Of a DNA stretch of 64,000 nt, positions 46,111 through 59,059 are shown piece by piece. The DNA lies in contig NC_068982.1 in assembly GCF_001194135.2 (NCBI RefSeq), positions 84,130,219 to 84,194,218 of the forward strand, written 5' to 3'. A program made the translations under genes and the position numbers. Under the pieces are notes generated by a model. That model ran no database searches. It was not told the DNA's origin and saw only the letters and a program-made list of their open reading frames with translations. This DNA comes from Octopus bimaculoides. Lineage: Eukaryota. Every line of letters begins with the position of its first letter. The first letter of the stretch is position 1.

Positions 46111-49100
46111 TCATCATCATCATCATCGTCGTTTAACGTCTGCTTTCCATGCTAGAATGGGTTGAACAGTTTGACTGAGGACTGGCGAGCCAGAAGGCTG
46201 TACCATATGTGCTACCTGCACAGGAGCCAGTCCGGCAGCACTGGCAATGACCTCGCTTGAATGTTGTTTTTCACATGCCACCAGGACATGTGCCAGTAAG
46301 GTGACGCTGGCAACAATCACGCTCAAATGGTGCTTTTTACGTGCCACCAGCACGGGAGCCAATCCGTGGCCCTGGCAACGATCACGCTCGGCTGTGCTTT
46401 TAACATTTCACTGGCACGAGTGTCAATTAGGTGGTACTGTCATCGGCCACATCAGCGATTTTGATTTTGATTTCGCTTGCCTCAGTAGGTCTTTGCAAGC
46501 AAAGTTTGTTGTCCAATGAATGAGGGGTATTCATAAGTGGCCTGGTTACACCCCATGCTTGGATGTGCTTTTAACATTCCACTGGCACAAGTGCCAGTCA
46601 GGTGGTACTGTCATCGGTCATATCAGCAATTTTGATTTTGATTTCACTTGCCTCAATAGGTCTTCGCAAGCAAAGTTTATTGTCCAATGAATGAGGGGTA
46701 CTCATAAGTGGACTGGTTACACCCACTGGCATAGGCCATGGGCTATGGTCTCACTTGGCTTGCCGGGTCTTCTCAAGCACAGCATATCTCCAAAGGTCTC
46801 GGTCACTAGTCATTGCCTCAGTAAGGCCCAATGTTCAAAGGTCGTGCTTCACCACCTCATCCCAGGTTTTCCTGGGTCTACCTCTTCCACAGGTTCTCTC
46901 AACTGCTAGGGTGTGACACTTTTTCACACAGCTGTCCTTGTTTATTTGCAACACATGACCATACCAGCACAGTTGTCTCTCTTGCACACCACATCTGATG
47001 CTTCTTAAATCCAACTTTTTTCTCAGGGCGCTTACATTCTGTTGTGTATGCACATTGACATTACACATCCCAGAGTATACTGACTTCATTTCTTGCAAGC
47101 TTACGCATGTCCTCAGCAGTCATAGCCTATATTTCACTGCCATGTAGCATGGTTGTTTGTACACATGAGTCATACAGTCTACCTTTTACTCTGAGCAAGA
47201 GGCCCTTTGTCGCCAGCAGAGGTGGGAGCTCTCTCAACTTTGCCCAGGCTATTCTCATTCTAGCAGCTACAGAGTATCCACCCCCGCTACTGACTTGTTC
47301 CCCTTGGTAATAGAAGCTATCAATTACTTGTAGTTTTTCTCTCTGGAATGTGACAGAAGTTGTCTCTGCACATTTTCAGTGTTTATAGCACCTGAACATA
47401 TGCCACATACAAAAACTATCTTCCCAGTTAGCCTTCCTTTGATATTGCTGCACCTCTTATGTGTCCATAGCTTACATTGGCTACATCTTATGGAATTTCT
47501 ACCTACACCTTTTCTACAGATTGAGCAGGGCCATCTACCTGAAAGGATTTGTGGTTTGTCTGCCTTCCTACTTATTAAGACTTTGGTTTTAGCTAAGTTG
47601 ATTCTAAGGCCCTTCGATTCTAATCTTTGGTTCCACACCTGAAACTTTTCTTCTAGTTCTGATAGTGACTCAGCAATTAGAGCAAGGTCATCAGCACATA
47701 GGAACTCCCAGGGGCATCCTGTCTTGAATTCCTCTGTTATTGCCTGGAGGACTATGATGAATAAGAGGGGACTGAGGACTGATCCTTGATGGACCGCTAC
47801 CCCGACCTGGAATTCTTCACTGTACTCGTTACCAACCCTCACCTTACTGACAGCGTCTCCGTACATGGCTTGCACAGCTCTCGCTAACCATTCATCTATC
47901 CCTAGTTTCCTCATTGACCACCAGATAAGGGATCGGGGGTCCTTGTCAAAGGCTTTCTCCATGTCAACAAAAGCCAGGTACAGAGGTTTATCTTTGGCTA
48001 AGTATTTCTCCTGCAGCTATCTTACCAGAAATAGCATCAGTGGGTCTTTTCCTTGGCACGAACCCAAACTGCATCCCATCTAGACTGACTCTCTTATTTC
48101 ATTACCTGATCCAACAACTTGATACCTCTGTAATTACTTGTATCTAAAGCGTCATCTTTACCTTTGTAGCAGTTGACTATAGTGCTGCTGCACCAGTCAT
48201 TGGATATAACTCCTTCATGTATCACCTGGTTAACTATAAGGGTGACTAGGTGATACATGAAGGAGTCATAGCCAATGACTGGTGTAGCAGCACCATAGTC
48301 AACTGCTACAAAGGTAAAGGTGACGCTTTAGATACAAATAATTACAGAGGTATCAAGTTATTGGATCAGGTAATGAAGAGACTATACAGGTCACTAGGCT
48401 ATAGCCAACACTGCCAGATATTTTGAGCATCTCTGCGGTGATTCCTGATGGGCTGGGGGCTTTTCCTGTCTTCACACTCTTAATTGCTCTATCTACCAAG
48501 GTACTGTCAATTCGGATAGCTGGTCCCTCTGTTGGGTTGGTATTTGGCAGATTCTCTTTCTCCCATTCATTCTCTTTATTTAGTAACCTTTCATAGTGGC
48601 GTCTCCAAACCTCTCTCTTTGCAGCTTCGTTTAATGCAAGTGAACCATCATTCATGTGGACACATTTCTCTCCCACAACATCATGATTCTCTCTCACACA
48701 CTGTCTTGCAACACGAAATACTTCAAGTCTTTGATCCTCATGGTGCAGAACATTGGCAAATTTTTTTCATATCTGCTTCCCCTCTGGCTAAATAAACTTG
48801 TCTCCTAGCTTCCCTTCTGGCAGTCTGATACACTTCCCTGCTACCACTGTTCTTCCAGTCCTTCCAAGCCTGTTTTTTTTCCCTAATGGCCGTGAACAAC
48901 ATTGTTCCGCCACCACGTTACCTTGGGTCGAGATGGGACTTTGCACCATCCACAGATCTGGTCAGTAGCCCTCAGCAGGTTGTTCCATAGAAACCTCCAG
49001 TTGTCTTCCACATCATGTGATGCTATATCCTCCTCTATTTCGTCTGAAGCTTGAAGTAATACGTCTCTAAATCTTTGTCCATTCGCAGGATCTTTAAGCT

Positions 49101-49736
49101 TCCAGACCCTTCTCCTCCATGCTGGTCGTCTTCTGGGCATCCATGTAGCCCTGATCCTAAAGTCGCTAGCTACTAGTCTATGTTGAGGGGTACATTCTTC
49201 ACCTGGGAAGGTTTTGGCATTTATAAGCAGCCCTCTTTCTCTTTTTCTTGCGAGGATGTAGCCAATTTGGCTAGTGTGTCTACCAGAACGGTAGGTGACT
49301 ATGTGATTGGCAGGTTTCCTGAAGTTAGTATTGCAAACCATAAGATCGTTTGCATCGCAGAACTCCAGCAGCCTGGTTCCCTCCTCATTGTGGGAACCAA
49401 AACCATAGCCTCCATGTACGCCATGGAAGCCCCCTGCATGTTGTCCAAAATGTCCATTGAAGTCACCAGCTATAAAGAGAAGGTCCCTGTCATTTGTCAA
49501 CGAGGTAGTCTGCAAGACGGTGTCATAAAATTGGTCTTTCTGTCCATCAGGTAGCTCTGGTTGAGGGACATAGGCCGAGATAATGGTTGCTAACCCATGA
49601 TGTAGCACTAATCTAATCTTAAGTATTCTATCACATACTCTGACTACCTTGATTACCTTATCAATCCATTTCTCTGCCAGAAATATACCCATGCCCCCGA
49701 CCTGAAAAGAAAGCTCACATTTGGCAGAATTCATAT
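46111..49736 (-). mobile_element. Near full-length RTE LINE with an EN deletion and an internal inverted duplication
   Basis: EN (AGDFNGHFG, QHRLV), RT (MEKAFD, GSVLSPLLF, CADDL), PHD block at about 47400-47540, 3' UTR with a 170-bp duplication, (CAT)n at 46111. Confidence 0.92.
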
Positions 49737-50014
49737 AAGTTGCTAGTCTCGACTAACTAAAAACTAACACTGAACACGTTGTGCCGTAAACAGAACAGAA
49801 CTCTGCGCAGTTGCACTGCAGGCAAATATCAGCAGTTGAGACAATCAAAGTTATGTGATCAAAACTAAAATCACATCACGCGTCATCAATATCCAACCAA
49901 ACAAAAATCAGAAGCAAACCACCTAGTAGAAGAAATTCCTTAGTGCAGGCAAGAATAAAGTGCCATTTGTGGAATGCCTTTTTTATGCCTGGCAGAAGTG
50001 CCCAGCAGATCATC

Positions 50015-51200
50015 ATTATCATCATCATCATTTAATGTCCATTTTCCATGTTGTCATAGATTGGATAGGTTGACTGGATCCAACACACTACAGAGCAATG
50101 TCAAGCCCCATTGTCAGTACAGGCATGGTTTCTATGTTTGGATGTCCTTCCTATCACCAACCAGTTCACAGTGTTCTGGTTACCTTTTATGACACCAACA
50201 CTGGACAAAAAACAAAAGAAAGGAAAAAGCCTCTTTGACTGAATGGAAGTGTATTTAAGAGAGGAGGAGGTGGCTTCATACCAGGTGTTGAAGTCTAAAG
50301 CATGATAGACAAGCACAGGTTTTTACTATAGAGGAGATACATGACCATCCAGCATTATTTGGGGGTGAGTGAGAATAATTGGAAGCGAGATAAAGATGGT
50401 GGTGACAAGGTGCTAGAGCATAATCTCAAGATACAAGAAGGAGAGTGTAAGGGAGAAAGAATAGAGATAGTTGATCAGGAGGGAGAAAAGGATAGGTAAT
50501 TTCATAAAGTGTGCAAGAATTGTAAAGAATGGTTAGAGATGAGGCTAGAAGTGAATGTTGTGAGTGATGAACAAGGTAGAGGATGGTTGATGGTAAATAA
50601 TTATGGATAGGCTATGTGAGAAAGATAGAAGTGACCTAAGATATAGCTCAGAAGGAAGGAGGAAGTTACTGAAGACACAGAAGAAGAGTGATCAGGGCAA
50701 AGTAGTAGGGACAGCGATAATAATGGAATTGAGGTAACTGGTAGTGCCAAAGGCAGGAATGAAGTATGATTCTACTGTCAAATGACTACAGCAGCTGAGT
50801 AGTACCATAGTCAGAAGGATGGGTGTTAGAAAGATGAGACTTTGTCCCACTTCTCCTGGGTCTTCTCTTCACAAATCCCATCCACATTTAGCAATTAACA
50901 CATTTTTATGTGGCCATCCATTCACATCACATGACCATACCCATGCAGTCTTTTGTCTTGCATACTTCATCTGATGCCTCATATGCTAAATTTTTCTCTC
51001 AATACATTTGCTTTTTGTTGTAAATGCACTGACATTGCCCAATTCTCTATATTCAGTCAACCTTGTAGCATTTTGTTTAGCACACAAGCATCATGATGTC
51101 TACCTTTCACTCAGAGAGAAGCCTTTTTCCGACCAACAGTTAATTTTTTCTTTCTCTCCCCTTCCCCTACTAGATATGAGTAACCATGCACAACCTGCAA
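50015..51200 (-). mobile_element. Older, highly diverged RTE-family copy (RT C-terminus plus long low-complexity 3' UTR)
   Basis: (CAT)n at about 50012-50032, RTE terminal motifs, purine-rich tract on +, RT C-terminal remnant at 50860-51200. Confidence 0.55.
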
Positions 51201-51309
51201 TAAGAACATTCACTGCTCCCACTTCTCATTGTTCAATCTTTCATCCACTAGCATGACCTGACTACCCTCAGGTCTTATAGTTCAGTGAGCTGCATGGTGA
51301 CGTCAATAG

Positions 51310-51490
51310 TGGTATGAAAAAGCACCCACTCCATGCTGTAAAGTGGCTGGCATTAGGAAAGGCATCCAGCTGTAGGAGCCATGCCAAAATAGACACTGTA
51401 GCAGAATGCAGTCCTTGGGTGCATCAGATCCTGTCAAACTGTCTAACCTATGCCACCATGGAACAGATTTTAAATGATGATGATGATGAT
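51310..51490 (+). mobile_element. Diverged RTE 3'-terminal fragment
   Basis: aaaagcacccact...ggcattaggaaaggcatccagctgtag...aaatgatgatgatgatgat. Confidence 0.7.
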
Positions 51491-51572
51491 TTATATTTGT
51501 GTGTGTGTATACATATGTATTATACATTTGCATATGTATATTTATTTACATAGAGTACATATAAAAAGTTCT

Positions 51573-51631
51573 GAATATTTTTCTCCCTCGTGCACTGACC
51601 ACTACCCTCTCTCTTTCTCTGCCTCACTCTG

Positions 51632-51681
<50 letters not shown>

Positions 51682-52390
51682 CTTCACTCTGTCTGTCTGT
51701 CTCTCTTTCGATTACCACTCGCTTCACCAAGACTTCCTCCACCACCACCACCCTATATAAACTAGCGCACGCACTCAGATTCCCCTACTCGATTTTAATA
51801 CCTCTGTTGAAGAAATGCGAAGCTCAGAAGATGCTCAGATAAGAAGTTTTGTCTTTTCAACCTCATTCATCTACTCTTCTATTTCTGTGCAGATCATAAA
51901 CCCCTTATTTAGTTCCTTTCATTCTTCTGTTTATTTCATTACCATGTAAACATGTAAATATAGTTTCAATAGTTTCGTCTTCCCTGTTGTTGCCTTAAGA
52001 TAGCCTTAATTCATGCATTTCCTTAACCACAACATATATTCATTCATTTATTCAAGTTTATCACACAGTCACTTATTTCTCTAATTTTGTCATAGATTGG
52101 CTGACCGAAAACTCTCAGATTTTTCAATTCTATTTTGCTATTATCAACATTTGCTATTTCGTTAAATTATGCTACCCAAATCCCAAAAGAATATTTTTCT
52201 CCCTTGTGTTCTGACCACTCTCTGCCTCACTCTGTCTGTCTCTCTCTCTTGGCCTCACTCTGTCTGTCTGTCTCTCTCTCTTTCAATTACCACTCGCTTC
52301 GCTAAGACTTCCTCCACCACCACCACCACCACCACCACCCTATATAAACTAGCGCATGCACTCGGATTCCCCTACTCAATTTTCTTAATA
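51573..52390 (+). repeat. Pair of ~200-230-bp direct repeats, each with a TATA-like box
   Basis: 51573-51800 and 52189-52390 share gaatatttttctccc...attaccactcgcttc..aagacttcctcc(acc)n ctatataaactagcgca.gcactc.gattcccctactc. Confidence 0.85.
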
Positions 52391-52645
52391 TCACCGCCGA
52401 AAGAATACGTATCCAGATGCTCTCGTCTAAATTTGTTAGATCGCAGTACAAACGCCCTCCCACCCCCTCATCCTGTACCGGAAGTTTCTATCCTCTCTCA
52501 TCCTTTGGTTGTCTCCCATGAACACTTCTAAAGGCTTTACGCCAACCCCACCCCTACTTAGGGTTTATCTCCTATGTAAGGTTTTGATCATATAGTGCAA
52601 AAATATGATGGTGTAGTGTATGCAGATTGAATTGAAGGGTATTGT

Positions 52646-55600
52646 TTGTTTATGAATTCTGCCAAATGCGAGCTTTCTTTTCAGGTACATGACGCTGCTG
52701 TCCCCCGTCCCAGGGTCTCACGGGACCATACCTCCCACACCCTCAGGGTTGGCACTCTCAATGTTGGCACACTGAAAGGTAGGTCTGGTGAGATTGAGAT
52801 GCTAGAATGGAGATGTATCGATATCTGCTGCCTCAAAGAAGTAAGGTGGAGAGGAGGTTCCGCTAGGTTCCTCACAAGCAAAGAACACAGGTACAAGATT
52901 TTCTGGGCAGGGAACACCGACGGGGTCGGTGGTGTGGGTATACTTCTTGCGGAGAAATGGATTGATAAGGTAGTCGAAGTAGTCAGAGTATGCGACAGGA
53001 TACTTAAAATTAGATTGGTGCTTCATCTTGGCTTAGCTGCCATTATCTCAGCCTATGCTCCTCAGCCGGGTTACCCGATGGACAAGAAAGACCGATTTTA
53101 TGACACCCACTTACAGACTACCTCGTTGACAAATGACAGGGACCTTCTCTTTGTGGCTGGTGACTTCAATGGACATTTTGGACAACATACAGGAGGCGTA
53201 CATGGAGGCTATGGTTTTGGTTCCCACATTGACGAGGGAACCAGGTTGCTGGAGTTCTGTGATGCAAATGATCTTATGGTTTGGAATACTAACTTCAGGA
53301 AACCTGCCAGTCACCTAGTCACCTACCGTTCTGGCAGACACACTAGCCAAATTGACTACATCCTCACCAGAAAAAGGGAAAGAGGGCTGCTTATGAATGC
53401 CAAAATCTTCCCAGGCGAAGAATGTACCTCACAACATAGACTTGTAGTTAGTGACTTCAGGATCAGGGCTAAAGACAACCAGCATGGAGGAGAAGGGTCT
53501 GGAAGCTTAAAGATCCTGCGAATGGACAGAGGTTTAGAGACGTATTACTCAAAGCTTTTGACAAAATAGAGGGGGATATAGCATCACATAATGTGGAAGA
53601 CAACTGGAGGTTTCTACAGGACAACTTACTGAGGGCCACTGACCAGATCTGTGGATGGTGCAAAGTCCCCTCTTGACCCAAGGTAACGTGGCGGTGGAAC
53701 AATGTGGTTGACAGGGCTATTAGAAACAGGCTTGGAAGGACTGGAAGAATAGAGGTAGCAGGGAATTGTATCAGACTGCCAGAAAGGAAGCTAGGAGACA
53801 GGTTTATTTAGCCAAAGGGGAAGCAGATAAGAAAAAAATTGCNNNNNNNNNNTTATTTAGCCAAAGGGGAAGCAGATAAGAAAAAAATTGCCAATGTTCT
53901 GCGCCGTGAGGACCAAAGACTTGAAGTATTTTGTGTTGCAAGAGAGTGTGTGAGAGAGAATCGTGATGGTGTAGGAGAGAAATGTATCCGCATGGATGAT
54001 GGTTCACTTGCACTAAATGAGGCTGCAAAGAGAGAGGTTTGGAGACACCACTATGAAAGATACCACTATAAAGAAAATGAATGGGAGAAAGAGAGTCCCA
54101 ACTGAGAGACCAGCTATCCGAGTTGACAGTACCTTGGTAGATAAAGCAATTAAGAGTATGAAGATAGGGAAAGCCCCCGGCCCATCAGGAATCACTTCAG
54201 AAATGCTCAAAGTGTCTGGCAGTATCGGCTATAGCCTAGTCACCCGTATAATTAACCAGGTGATACACGAAGGAGTCATAACCAATGACAGGTGTAGCAG
54301 CACCATAGTCAACTGCTACAAAGGTAAAGGTGACGCTGTAGATACAAATAATTACAGAGGTATCAAGTTGTTAGATCAGGTAATGAAGGTCACGGAGAGG
54401 GTCATAGCCCAACTAATTAGGAAGAGAGTCAGTTTAGATGAGATGCAGTTTGGGTTCGTGCCAGGGAAAAGACCCACTGATGCTATATTTCTGGTAAGAC
54501 AGCTTCAGGAAAAATACCTAGCCAAGGATAAACCTCTGTATCTGGCTTTCATTGACATGGAGAAAGCCTTTGACAAGGTCCCCCAATCCCTTATCTGGTG
54601 GTCAATGAGGAAACTAAGGATAGATGAATGGTTAGTGAGAGCTGTGCAAGCCATGTACAGGGAAGTTATCAGTAAGGTGAGCGTTGGCAATGAGTACAGT
54701 GAAGAATTCCGGGTAGAGGTAGGGGTCCACCAAGGTTCTGTCCTCAGTCCCCTCTTATTCATCATAGTCCTCCAGGCAATAACAGAGGAATTCAAGACAG
54801 GATATCCCTGGGAGCTCCTCTATGCTGACGACCTTGCTGTAATTGCTGAGTCACTATCAGCGCTAGAGGAGAAGTGTCAGGTGTGGAAGCAAGGATCTGA
54901 ATCGAAGGGCCTTAGAGTCAACCTAACTAAAACCAAAGTCCTAATAAGTAGGAAAGTAAATAAAACACAAATCCCTTAAGGAAGATGGCCCTGCTTGATC
55001 TGTAGAAAAGGTGTAGGTAGAAACTCTATAAGATGTACCCATAAGAGTTGCAGCAATATCAAAGGAAGCCTACTGGGAAGATAGTTTTTGTATGTGGCAG
55101 ATGCTCAGGTGCTATAAACACTGAAAATGTGCAGAGAACAACTTCTGTCACATTCCAGGGAGAAAAACTAGAAGTAGTTGATAGCATCTGTTACCTAGGT
55201 GACCAAGTCAGTAGCAGGGGAGGGTGCGCTGAAAGTGTAGCTGCTGATGACAAAAGGCCTCTTGCTCAGAGTAAAAGGTAGACTGTATGACGCATGTGTA
55301 TGAACAGCCATGCTACATGGCAGTGAAACATAGGCTATGAGGACATGCGTAAGCTTGCAAGGAATGAAGCCAGTATGCTTTGCTGGATGTGTAATGTTAA
55401 TGTGCATACTCGACAGAGTGTAAGTACCTTGAGAGAAAAGTTGGATTTAAGAAGCATCAGATGTCGTGTGCAAGAGAGACAACTGTGCTGGTATGGTCAT
55501 GTGTTGCAAATAAATGAGGACGGCTGTGTGAAAAAGTGTCACACCCTAGCAGTTGAGAGAACCTGTGGAAGAGGTAAACCCAGGAAAACCTGGGATGAGG

Positions 55601-56408
55601 TGGTGAAGCACGACTTTTGAACATTAGGCCTCACCGAGGCAATTACTAGTGACCGAGACCTTTGGAAATATGCAGTGCGTAAGAAGACAGGCAAGCCAAG
55701 TCAGACCATAACCTGTGGCCTATGCCAGAAGTGTAACCAGCCACTTATGCGTACCTTTCCTTCATTGGACACTAAACTCTGCTTGCGAAGACCTGTTGAG
55801 GCAAGTGAAATTGAAATCTAACCAAATTCGACGACTGGCACCCATGCCGACCTTCCTTCATTGGACACTAAACTCTGCTTGCGAAGACCTGTTGAGGCAA
55901 GTGAAATTGAAAACAAACCAAATTTGCAAATTTAATGACTGGCACCCGTGCCAGTGGCATGCTAAGAGCACCATCTGAGTGTGACGCTGCAAGAGCAGCT
56001 GAATGGCTTCTGTGCCGGTGGCACGTAAAAAGCACCATTCGAGCGTGATCGTTGCCAACATTGCCTTACTGGCACGTGAAAAAATATTTGAGAAAGGTCG
56101 TTGCCAGTGCTGCTGGACTGGCTCCTGTGCAAGGTGGCACGTAAAAAACTCCACTTGAGCGTGGCCATTGCCACTACCGTCCAAGTGGCACATAAAAATT
56201 ACCACTACACTCTCTGAGTGGATGGCGTTATGAGGGCATGCAGCTGTAGAAACTCTGCCAGATCAGATTGGAGCCTGGTGCAGCCATTTGGATCCCCAGT
56301 CCTCAGTTAAATCGTCCAACACATGCTAGCATGGAAAGTGGATGTTAAATGATGTTAAATCGTCCAACCCTTGCTAGCATGGAAAGTGGATGTTAAATGA
56401 TGATGATG
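52646..56408 (+). mobile_element. Near full-length RTE LINE (APE endonuclease, RT with partly deleted PHD, 3' UTR)
   Basis: ORF 52646-53569 (TLNVGTL, CLKEVRW, GDFNGH, IDYIL, QHRLV); ORF 54017-54979 (NYRGIKLL, DMEKAFD, GSVLSPLLF, YADDL); (GAT)n tail; premature stops. Confidence 0.95.
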
Positions 56409-56692
56409 TAATGTAATAGGTGTGTAAGAGATGCTCAGGTTGGTTTACCAATAAAGCTGTGACTCCATCTGCTACTAAAACAAATTGGTGTTGTGAACAC
56501 CTACCAAAGAATGGCTGCTACTAATGGTTCATCATTGAGCAGGTAGATATATATTAGAAAGAAAGAATGAACAAGCAAAATGTGGTATCACTTTAGAGCA
56601 TGTAATTTATAATTCAAGCATTACTGCAGAGTTGTTAAACTGAATAAGGGATTAAGAAGTAATCTGCGATTATGATTGGATTATAAATTACA

Positions 56693-58496
56693 CAGGGTTA
56701 CTGATTTAGCATATTTTATGCTAGATCTAGCATTTTTTTTCAGTATTTAGCAGAAAATTTTTAAATTTAGCATTTAGCAAGGAAAATAGCAGATTTAAAA
56801 TTTTATTTAGGGTTTTTTTTAAACATTTTTCACTGATCATGACATTTCCACAATAGTTACCCTTTTTTCTCTTCTTTTTCCTCCTTTTCTACTTTCATTA
56901 AAGTATCTTACAACCAAATTTTAATATTATCAGTTAGTGTTGAATTTTTCTTTCACTTCCATGAAACTTCAAATGAAAGTTTGTCAAAAGGAAGTTTATC
57001 AAGTTTTGAACTCCCCCCCTCCCCCCACACTTCAATACCGAGTGGTTCTGGTGTGGGAGGGGGAAAAGGTAACTCATATCAGCATTTGAACTCACTGCTC
57101 AATAATGTAAATATGTTGGAAAGAATGAAAGCTTGGACATTCGTCTTAACAATGTCATTATTCTGCACTGATGAGTTGCCTGTGTTTTTTCATGCTTGTT
57201 TTGGATTATATATCTTGTGTAGAAGTATGGGGGTGGCAGGGTCTCCCCCTTTATATTTCTACTTACTTTTTGTTTTCAAGTATCATAGTTATATTTGTGG
57301 TTTTACCAATAGATATTAAATTTAAGATTGGAATTGAAATATGATGTTCCCAGGTTTATATCGGGACACAGTTTTAGGATTTCTGCAGATTTTACTTTTC
57401 CATTTATAAGTTGGCCACCCAGCATCCTGAATCAGTATTCTTCACTTCAAGAATTTGTAAGCAGCAAACATAAGAATTGTTAAAGGCAAATGAAAGAATT
57501 GTCAGTAGCAAACTGTTAAGTTGTGTTTTCAATTTTATATTTTTATTTATCATTCAATTTATTTTCTTGCTTCCCACTACATTATAACGTAAAACAAAAA
57601 AAAAACGAAGTTGTACCAGCAAAAATTCCGAAAGGAATGGCTTAAGGTGCCAGCGTTTACTAAGTGGTTGTGTGAAGTACTTAGTGACCAATCTAAAGCA
57701 CATTGAAAATATTGTAGATGTAATATGTTGACAAAATACTCTCTTTTAGTAAGCCACTGTGAAGCAAAGAAACATAAGACACCAACTCTGCAACAAATGA
57801 TTCCTCTTAATTTTATTAAAACCTAAAATGATAAGACATCTATGCTTAAAGCAAATTTAGCAATGTTTATTTGTTGCCACTCATTATTTAATAGCTGTGA
57901 TCACTTAATAGAGTTATGTAAGAATTATATGTCTGATAGTAATATTATGTCCAAAGTGAAGTTGCATCGTACAAAATGCGTAAATATTGTGAGAAATGTT
58001 GTAGCTCCATATTTTGATGGAGATTTGATTTCTGATATAGGAGATAGAAAATTTAGCCTGTTAGTAAATGAATCCAATGATATATCAATAGACAAGTTGT
58101 TAGGAATTGTTATCATATATTATAGTGACACTCACAAAAAAGTGGTATATACCATACTGAGATATGTATCTCAGTATGGTATCTGTCTATAAAATATGGC
58201 CTGAAAAGATATGGCAAATGTTGCAAAAACTTTGATATTCCAAAACACATAATTAACAAGATAGGAACCTTGAATGTATATAGAAGTCAAGACCTAGGCA
58301 CTGCAGCTGAAAGTGATCAAATCAGGGAAATTCAAGAAATTATTTCTCAATAATGAATATAATTAAAGAAAGTAAATAAAAATTAAGCTTTTTGATATAA
58401 TTAGTCTTTAGTATTTTTTTTCTTTTTTTAGCATTTTTTTTGGTATTTTTTCTACTGAAATTAGCATGAAATTGTGATTTTAAGTTGGCAACACTG
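56693..58496 (+). mobile_element. hAT deletion derivative with an 8-bp target-site duplication
   Basis: Ends CAGGGTTACTGA and TTGGCAACACTG; TSD AAATTACA (56685-56692) and AAATTACT (58497-58504); N-terminal zinc-finger remnant and KFSLLVNESNDIS; C-terminal tip matches 40697-40790. Confidence 0.88.
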
Positions 58497-58525
58497 AAAT
58501 TACTTATTAGAGCATGCTTTGCATG

Positions 58526-58588
<63 letters not shown>

Positions 58589-59059
58589 GTATGTATGTAT
58601 GTAAATACATTTGTGTATGTATGTATATTGTAATAAACAAATAAATGAATGGATTTTAAATTTTGTAACAATTGTTTCACTAAGAGTCTTTATTAGATAT
58701 AAGAATAAAACTATTTTTGATTACACCATACATTATGCAATTATCAAGCTCACCAGGCACTATTTAAAACAGAGTTGAATAATGATTTGTTAAATAATCA
58801 ACTGATTCCCAAACAAATGAAGTTATAGTAAAATGAACAAAGTGGGCATGTCATGAAGCTAACAGTCAAGAGTAGTACTAAACAATGAGAGGACAGAATT
58901 ATAATTCACAGTTATAGATCTTAAGATAAAAAAATTTAACAGATTTTTTTACAGACAATTACCACTGAGGAACATCTGAACTTTAATAGACATTTACAGA
59001 GCAGACATATATTGTGGCTCAAAGGAAATCATTTATTTTATTTTACCTTTATTTATATG

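Larger units (their letters stand above)
42160..49878 (-). mobile_element. Ty3/Gypsy LTR retrotransposon (two CCHC knuckles, Mag-like), decayed, interrupted by an RTE LINE
   Basis: 3' LTR starts TGTTGTGATTTTAG at 42426, after the PPT AGGGGGGAAAA; its far end near 42160 is approximate. The matching partial 5' LTR is 49738-49878. gag ATG at 46090; CTFCGSNDFHLRFKC and CYKCGYFGHFAKEC; protease LIDTSS; RT AYHQV, YIDNI; RNase H IETDA; integrase IDFK, VVDEYS, HSDNA. Confidence 0.9.

Noticed and set aside
42155-49883. Target-site duplication for the Gypsy element
   Set aside because: Flanks ttcat and cgcgt do not match without invoking several changes, and the LTR end at 42160 is itself approximate.
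53812-53893. ~31-bp duplication around the 10-N gap in the RTE
   Set aside because: Same gap-flank overlap artefact.
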